DNA of 64,000 nt, taken from IMG/VR virus record IMGVR_UViG_3300031857_000047, positions 32,001 through 96,000 of that record. One strand, given 5' to 3'. Position 1 is the stretch's first letter; each line of letters opens with the position of its first letter. A program made the position numbers and the translations under genes. The notes under the pieces were generated by a model. That model was not told the DNA's origin, did no database searches, and saw only the letters and a list, made by a program, of their open reading frames with translations. Shown here one piece after another: positions 59,301-64,000 of this stretch. The DNA is from a virus.

Positions 59301-59761
59301 AACACCTGAGCAGTTGAAGTTAGACTATCTCCAAGATTTGCCAAAGAACTCAACATGCCAGTCATACCAGTAGCCAAACTAGACACCGTTGATCCTAACT
59401 GAGACAGTTTGCCCGCAACAAAATTCATTTGATCGAGCTGTTTTTGTTGGGCTTTTAATTTTGCCTCATCTGCCTCCTTGAGTTTTTTATCAATCTCAAG
59501 TTGTTTATTATCCGCTTCTAGCTTTTTTTTCTGAGCTTCAGTAAGTTTATCTTGCGCTGCCTGTTGCTTTTTGGCTGCTGCCGCAAGTTTCTTTAATTCT
59601 TTTTCAAGTTCTTGTTGTGATTTTGCCTGTGCAGCTTTATCTTTACCAGTATTATTGGCAATAACAGTCATGGCCGCAAGAAGTTGCTTTAGTGTAGCCT
59701 CCGTGGCTGCATTGTTTAATTGTATTGGCTGTCCGCCAAAATCACCAGTAACTTCTGCCAT
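56369..59761 (-). CDS. Tape-measure-like protein with a C-terminal lysozyme-like domain
   Basis: 1130 aa, Ala/Lys/Gln helical, with hydrophobic segments; KYESGGRG...GGTSYG..Q and STAVQHG motifs of a peptidoglycan hydrolase. Confidence 0.75.
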   Translation of the reverse strand: MAEVTGDFGGQPIQLNNAATEATLKQLLAAMTVIANNTGKDKAAQAKSQQELEKELKKLAAAAKKQQAAQDKLTEAQKKKLEADNKQLEIDKKLKEADEAKLKAQQKQLDQMNFVAGKLSQLGSTVSSLATGMTGMLSSLANLGDSLTSTAQVFTQIPIVGGVLGSMFGAVAGAAEKTYEAFKKSASVGANFGGSMTEMMDAATGAGLTFEQFSGILAKTGKDLALLGGDSEAGARRLAALGKQIKGTPLAGDLNRLGYSTEAINEGMASYAAQLAKTGALQGMSNSQLIAQTGSYLKDLDALTKLTGQSKKELEDQRNARMKDAQFRLIASKLDAESQKNLHSLMDSIPAEHQEGMKEIIATGTATSEAGKKALAFLPQSARNMMQLNQQIRTTGKMGANQAQQLNAAYQNEVKAFVKSGVAENMALHGDEASKRFFVGAADAAAREKTMGQIQAEQQKTAAERAAKEKELKDKQLDPASMEAYKNKIAETSNEFTKFLANSGLLDIMMESFRTLVDVVELVVVPAFRYVVDNFDNIVVAGGILIGSFLAYKGIIALATLKQSLQTLGITLSLAPLKAMAVNALSAAGNLLKMGVASFMALGPFAKIALVVGALYLAFKALYNSGWDLGTIFEAVGDKLYDIFVLGFKDLMTSILAFLGPKFGGISKDEAKARRESIAAERKDLKQRELVRDAKRAENRTARGVEEVQTDAKTATTEATEVKEKETVAGRAAARAKEKEVEAANKVAAAKEAEVAAAKAAAAGPSGVPGIDLSNPQKMFDSMVRRQKGETAGATNQPGASAVGGGGASSSAIGTGLGAVAEKYESGGRGSGTVGWDKVGGTSYGKKQISSKAGAMTDFLKFLDKTGKGDVAKKLREAGIEKDTGSTSGKAVDAWKEVVASGALGDSENEWLGQGYKQALNGLKDKSLQSRISGSRALQEMLFSTAVQHGPAGAQKIMNSVFKPGMTDEQLVKAVYAERGADGGKKHFGGSTANVQAGVVNRFGKEQQDIMGLLKTGGAPTATGNTPGSSVPTTAAVQSAVASGEAEAQRNPQAAADAARAAAAANDPRRTDRPQTAVAGARQETPESLLASLNTKMDQLIAINQKLKDVGESQLSATRGLSNDMFSYGA

Positions 59762-59787
59762 TTAGTTTAGACCTTGAAAACTGCGCA

Positions 59788-59816
59788 TATAAATATACGA
59801 CTAGATAAAGTATTTA
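59788..59816. promoter_or_regulatory. Face-to-face late promoters for the divergent tape-measure and gp26-like genes
   Basis: TATAAATA at 59788-59795 (+) and TAAATA at 59811-59816 (-). Confidence 0.7.
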
Positions 59817-59828
59817 TCGGAGATAAAA

Positions 59829-60695
59829 ATGCCAGATCAAACAATGCCGCAACCTGTTAAAAAACACAATCCACTTGCTAATTATTTTAGGCAACCCAAG
59901 TTGTATATGAAACTTCCCAGTCACGGACGCTTCTATCCAGAAGGCTCATTAGATCGCAGCGAGATCGACGAATACCCAGTCTATGCTATGACTGCTAAAG
60001 ATGAGTTAATGTTTAAAACACCTGATGCTCTAATGAACGGTCAGGCCACTGTGGAAGTTATTCGGAGCTGTGTACCTGCTATTAAAGAACCGTGGCTAAT
60101 GCCTAGTCTAGATTTAGATGCAGTACTTATTGCCATTCGAATTGCCACTTACGGCGAGCAAATGGATATTAATTCTAGCTGTCCAGAATGTAAACACTTT
60201 AACGAGTTTTCAATGAACCTCGTTCAGTATCTTGACGAAATTGCGCAAACTGATTATAATACCGAAGTTAATGTACCTCCATTGAGCGTGCATATTAGAC
60301 CGTACAGCTACAAAGAAATTAGTAAGGCTGCTATTAAAGGTCTAGAACAACAAAAAATATTCAGTATCGTTAACGACGAAACAATGCCTGATGAGGAAAA
60401 AATTGAAAAATTTGGAGAAAGTTTTGTTAAATTAACTCAACTTACTGTAGACGTTGTTGCAGGTTGTATTACAAAAATTATCACTCCCGAAGGTGAAGTT
60501 GAAGATCCTGCATTAATTAAAGAGTTTGTAGAGAATGCTCCTAGCGATATTTTCAATTCTATTAATGAACGAGTGCTGACTCTAAAAGAGCAGATGGCAT
60601 TAAAAGCACAGAACGTAGAATGTACAGAATGTCATCATAAATGGAATGTTGAAGTAACAATGGATCAAACAAATTTTTTCGGCAAAGGATCTTAA
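59829..60695 (+). CDS. gp26: Baseplate hub assembly protein / tail assembly chaperone, gp26-like
   Basis: LPS.G.FY, MTAKDE, D.DAVLIAIRIATYG, two CxxC motifs; ends NFFGKGS. Confidence 0.8.
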   Translation: MPDQTMPQPVKKHNPLANYFRQPKLYMKLPSHGRFYPEGSLDRSEIDEYPVYAMTAKDELMFKTPDALMNGQATVEVIRSCVPAIKEPWLMPSLDLDAVLIAIRIATYGEQMDINSSCPECKHFNEFSMNLVQYLDEIAQTDYNTEVNVPPLSVHIRPYSYKEISKAAIKGLEQQKIFSIVNDETMPDEEKIEKFGESFVKLTQLTVDVVAGCITKIITPEGEVEDPALIKEFVENAPSDIFNSINERVLTLKEQMALKAQNVECTECHHKWNVEVTMDQTNFFGKGS

Positions 60696-60907
60696 CACTG
60701 CCTCAGGCTGAGATCCTAGAATATGTTAAGTCGTTGGAAAAAGAGGCTGTGGCTATTAAGAAAGATGCACTTAAAATATGTTGGTATATGAGAGGTATGA
60801 GTTATGAAGAGGCTATGAATCTCAGCTACGAAGAACGTTCACTTGTTGGAGAAATTATCAAAGACAATTTAGAAACTACTAAGAAAAGCGGATTACCGTT
60901 CTTCTAA
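60671..60907 (+). CDS. gp51-like ORF in the -1 frame, probably expressed by frameshift from the gp26-like gene
   Basis: Not in the ORF track. The -1 frame reads RQRILTLPQAEILEYVKSLEKE...CWYMRGMSYEEAMNLSYEERSLVGEIIKDNLETTKKSGLPFF*, with no ATG before 60788. Confidence 0.7.
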   Translation, partial: KFFRQRILTLPQAEILEYVKSLEKEAVAIKKDALKICWYMRGMSYEEAMNLSYEERSLVGEIIKDNLETTKKSGLPFF

Positions 60908-60908
60908 T

Positions 60909-60935
60909 AAAAAAGGACTCCTAGGAGTCCTTTTT
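60909..60935. terminator. Bidirectional terminator between convergent genes
   Basis: A6-GGACTCC-TA-GGAGTCC-T5. Confidence 0.85.
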
Positions 60936-60940
60936 GTTTG

Positions 60941-62209
60941 TTAACGCTTTCTAAACAAACTGAAACTTTCTGAAACTTTCTCTCTAACTTTAGTTGGCTT
61001 TGAAGTTCCCATAATATTTCTACGGTCAGCATCAATCGATTCTTGAGCAGCTGGTGCTGCTGCCTTTGCTTTCATTCCTTTTCTAATTTTACCTAATGTA
61101 TTCGAACCGTATTCTGCTTGTTTACGAACAGCATTAAGTGCTTGTCCAGGTAATGGTTTACCGGTTTCTTTGTCAAATGTTGGCTCACCAATATTGGTCG
61201 CACGTTTGAGTCCTACAGTGGCTACAGGATTTGCAATAACTTTTTCACCGCTTGGTGAAGTTGTGGTTGCTCCAGGTTCAGCAGCTGGTTTAGGATTTGG
61301 TTTACCAGTTTTAGTATCGAATCCGTATGGTGCTTCTGCTTTGGCAGCTTCGCGATTCTTTTTCATCTGTGCAGGGCTTGCTACACCAGTTTGTGTGTTG
61401 TAGTTTGGTTCATCAGCTGCTGGTGCTGCTGGCTCAGTTGTTGCTGCTGGTGCAGGTTGAGTCGGTGCTGAAGCAGCAGGCGCAGCATTTGGATTACCTG
61501 GTTTAGCTTTGTTAGTTTTGCTAGTAGGAGTATTGGCCATTGTATTAGGCTTTGCAGATGCTCCTGCTTTTGCCAATTGTCCTGCCATGTTAGCCATTGC
61601 ACCACTATCAGCTGGAGCTTCTGCGCCACCTGCTGCCGGTTTTGCAGCAGGAGCCGCTGGCTTAGCGGCAGGAGCAGCACCTACTTCTTTTTGTAATGTT
61701 GCTAAAATTCTTTGCTTGCCTTTCTTATCAAGTTTGTCAATATTTGCTTTAACTTGAGCATAGGCGGTACCACCTGCTGCGGGTGCAGGTTCACTTGCCG
61801 GAGCTCCGCTTGCTGCCGGTGCCGAAGCTGCTCCACCACTTGCTGCAGGTGTAGTATTACTTGCCGGTGCTGAAGTTGCAGGTGCCGAAGCTGCTCCACT
61901 ACCTGCTGCCGTTGTTGTCTTAGTTTTTGGAGCTGCTTTAGCTGTAGGAGTTGTTCCAGCTGTTGCTGTATTGTCTGCCGGAGCTGCTCCAGCGTCTGCT
62001 GCTGGTTCGTCGCCTGCGCCTGCTACTGTGGCTTTACCTGCCTGAAATCCTTTTTTAACAGCAGACCCTAGACCTGCTACGCCGCCTGCTACTGCGCCAA
62101 CACCTTTAGCAACAGTACCTGCAACTTTACCGATGCCGGCTCCAATTTTATTTAGAATAGGACCTTCGTCTAATTGGTTGTTTTCTACTAATATTTCTGT
62201 AATTTTCAT
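60941..62209 (-). CDS. Ala/Pro-rich putative internal head protein
   Basis: MKITEILVE...QLDEGP start, low-complexity linker and a helix shared with 62211. Confidence 0.5.
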   Translation of the reverse strand: MKITEILVENNQLDEGPILNKIGAGIGKVAGTVAKGVGAVAGGVAGLGSAVKKGFQAGKATVAGAGDEPAADAGAAPADNTATAGTTPTAKAAPKTKTTTAAGSGAASAPATSAPASNTTPAASGGAASAPAASGAPASEPAPAAGGTAYAQVKANIDKLDKKGKQRILATLQKEVGAAPAAKPAAPAAKPAAGGAEAPADSGAMANMAGQLAKAGASAKPNTMANTPTSKTNKAKPGNPNAAPAASAPTQPAPAATTEPAAPAADEPNYNTQTGVASPAQMKKNREAAKAEAPYGFDTKTGKPNPKPAAEPGATTTSPSGEKVIANPVATVGLKRATNIGEPTFDKETGKPLPGQALNAVRKQAEYGSNTLGKIRKGMKAKAAAPAAQESIDADRRNIMGTSKPTKVREKVSESFSLFRKR

Positions 62210-62210
62210 T

Positions 62211-63692
62211 TTATGAAGTTCCTAATTGTTTTTGTAGATACGCAGTAAGGCGTCGTTTACTTTTTTTATCTAGTTTAGCTAAGTCTGCTTTAACTTGAGC
62301 GTATAATGTTGCACCAGCATCCTGAGTTCCTGCACTAGATATTTTTAAAGATTTATACACAGTGTCAATGGCAGTAGTGTCTACTCCTTGACTAGTTAAA
62401 AACTTTTTAAGTTCTTCACTGTCAGTAGGTGCACCAGCTTTTTGCCAAGCTGAATTTAATTTGTCAGCGGTGATCTTGGTAGTTAAATTGGTACCAACTG
62501 TGCGAGCTTTATCCATTGCTTTGCCAGCAAATCCTTTGATGACATCCATTGGCCCTTCGTTGAGTTGCGATTCAGTAATGCGTTTGAACACTAGATATAC
62601 TTGTCCTTCACTTAAAGGACGAACTTGTTGTTCTATAGATTCTTTTTTAGTTAGACTGCCCTTGACCCCCGCACCGGCAACCGCACCTTGTGCAGCAGCA
62701 CCGAGATATTTGGTAGCTTCTTGAGCAGCCTGTGCTGCTTGACTGATCATAGTTCTACTAGCTTGATCAGAAGCTATTTGAGCTATGTATTGTTTATCAT
62801 TAAATGTATCAGCAATCATACCTTCAAGTGACTTCCAAGTGGCTGCACTTTGTTCATAGTCGCCTGCTTTCCAATATTGTCCCGCCTCGCTAAACAATTT
62901 TTTAGCTGTGTTTATATCTTCTGGAGTTCCTACTAGACCTTTAATTTCAAAATTAGCCCATCGTGTACCCAATTCTCCGCCAACTTCATCAAAGATCTGA
63001 TTCATGTTCAAACGAAGTGCATTAGGGAACATAGTGTCCTTAACAACCTGCGCACCGCCTTTGATCGCATCGCCTAGCAATTCAAAAGTTTTACCTGCAA
63101 TAAAACCGTAGGCCGCAGTTTTAATACCTTTACCAATAGCTGTTGAAAGTTTTTCACCTTTGAGTAATTCTACAGCGCCTCGCAGTACTTGACCAGCAAT
63201 TGCGCCACCAACTGGGCCTCCTGCTAATGAAGCGATTGCAGTAAGCACACCTACAATCGCTGCTGTTTTTCCAGGATTTTCTTTAGCCCATATCCCCATT
63301 TGAGAAATACCATCTAGTATTTTGCTGTCCGGAAACTTGGTATTAATTTTATTCTTTAATTGATCAAACTTTTGATCAAAGGCTTTAACTGGAGTTGTAT
63401 CCTGTAGCCATTTACCGATATTATCAACAATCTCGTTGGCTTTTTTACCAACATCGATCCCTTTGCCTAACATGGTTCTATTACCGCCTGCGTCAGTTGC
63501 AGATTTTTCTACGGCACCAAATATAGATTTGATTTGATCAGGACTAAGGCTAGCTTCAATTAAAGGCCGTAATTCATGATAAATGCCTTCAACAACAGTA
63601 CGTTGTTCTTGATCAAGGCCATGACACGATTCTAATAGAATTTTATTAGAATTATTCATATGTTGTTCAAATAATATATTGCTGATTCTCAT
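62211..63692 (-). CDS. Putative internal head/ejection protein with a glycine-zipper hydrophobic segment
   Basis: MRISNILFE start, LLE/LIE/LNE sites, AAIVGVLTAIASLAGGPVGGAIAG; late promoter at 63715-63720. Confidence 0.5.
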   Translation of the reverse strand: MRISNILFEQHMNNSNKILLESCHGLDQEQRTVVEGIYHELRPLIEASLSPDQIKSIFGAVEKSATDAGGNRTMLGKGIDVGKKANEIVDNIGKWLQDTTPVKAFDQKFDQLKNKINTKFPDSKILDGISQMGIWAKENPGKTAAIVGVLTAIASLAGGPVGGAIAGQVLRGAVELLKGEKLSTAIGKGIKTAAYGFIAGKTFELLGDAIKGGAQVVKDTMFPNALRLNMNQIFDEVGGELGTRWANFEIKGLVGTPEDINTAKKLFSEAGQYWKAGDYEQSAATWKSLEGMIADTFNDKQYIAQIASDQASRTMISQAAQAAQEATKYLGAAAQGAVAGAGVKGSLTKKESIEQQVRPLSEGQVYLVFKRITESQLNEGPMDVIKGFAGKAMDKARTVGTNLTTKITADKLNSAWQKAGAPTDSEELKKFLTSQGVDTTAIDTVYKSLKISSAGTQDAGATLYAQVKADLAKLDKKSKRRLTAYLQKQLGTS

Positions 63693-63720
63693 AAGTATTC
63701 AAAGATTAATATGTTATTTA

Positions 63721-64000
63721 TTGTAATTGTGAGCTGAAGCTCACATTCGTTTTCGCTTTCGCTCAACGAATTTTCTTTCTTCTAAACATTGTTGATTATA
63801 ATAATTGCGAAGCAATTTAAGTATTATGCAGATTGTTCAGTCATACTTAGCCCTTGCGGGCTAAGAAGCATTATGCGAGTTGCACAGTACATACAGCGTT
63901 ATGGCAATTACAGAGGCGGTCATCCGGTACCTCGAGCCACGTCTTATTAATGACGGCGGATTGCTACACAAACGCAGTCTTGCATAACAACCGTGGGTTT
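63721..64000 (-). ncRNA. Candidate structured non-coding element (ncRNA 3' part or origin), truncated by the window end
   Basis: At least six hairpins, with GCAA and GAAA tetraloops on the minus strand, and a 23-nt direct repeat; no convincing ORF. Confidence 0.45.

Noticed and set aside
14138-62724. Many 60-150-aa ORFs antisense or out of frame within long genes (e.g. 32419-32796, 27364-27819, 28611-29027, 45999-46301, 58385-58729)
   Set aside because: Shadow ORFs from codon bias in Gly/Ala/Thr-rich genes, with no SD, promoter or recognisable motif.
63819-63888. The 23-nt direct repeat as a mini-CRISPR
   Set aside because: There are only two imperfect copies, the 24-nt spacer is itself a perfect hairpin, and no cas genes are in view.
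1-64000. Stop-codon reassignment, tRNA genes, CRISPR array, integrase or IS elements
   Set aside because: Core genes are full length in the standard code. No cloverleaf, regularly spaced repeat array or recombinase motif was recognised.

Overview
This AT-rich window is the virion-morphogenesis region of a large T4-like (Tevenvirinae-superfamily, probably jumbo) myovirus, using the standard genetic code and coded mostly on the minus strand. Packaging and head genes: terminase large (5' part) and probable small subunit, head-completion nuclease, portal, prohead core/scaffold proteins, protease, major capsid protein and candidate internal head proteins. Tail genes: tube, oversized sheath, neck proteins gp13/gp14, tail terminator gp15, a tape-measure-like protein with a lysozyme domain and a gp26/gp51-like pair. 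About 35 kb encodes fibre/appendage proteins, three of them giant (1815-2776 aa). Inside that block is an accessory cassette of three Cys/Gly-rich adhesin-like paralogs, two fibre chaperones, a GT9-like glycosyltransferase, two SGNH-like paralogs and a NodU/CmcH carbamoyltransferase, a candidate virion glycan-decoration system. Other signals read from the sequence: (i) a -1 frameshift signal (slippery heptamer plus stem-loop) joining the gp26-like gene to a start-less gp51-like ORF, resembling lambda G/GT; (ii) repeated C-x-R-D-x-G-Y helical modules in the giant proteins that resemble the phycobiliprotein bilin-attachment site; (iii) ten genes with a TAAATA/TAAGTA late promoter only 4-7 nt before ATG and no Shine-Dalgarno site, suggesting leaderless mRNAs; (iv) structured non-coding elements at 45952-46071, 49462-49536 and 63721-64000. 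No tRNA, rRNA, CRISPR array, integrase or transposase was recognised. All family calls come from motif recognition, not database searches.
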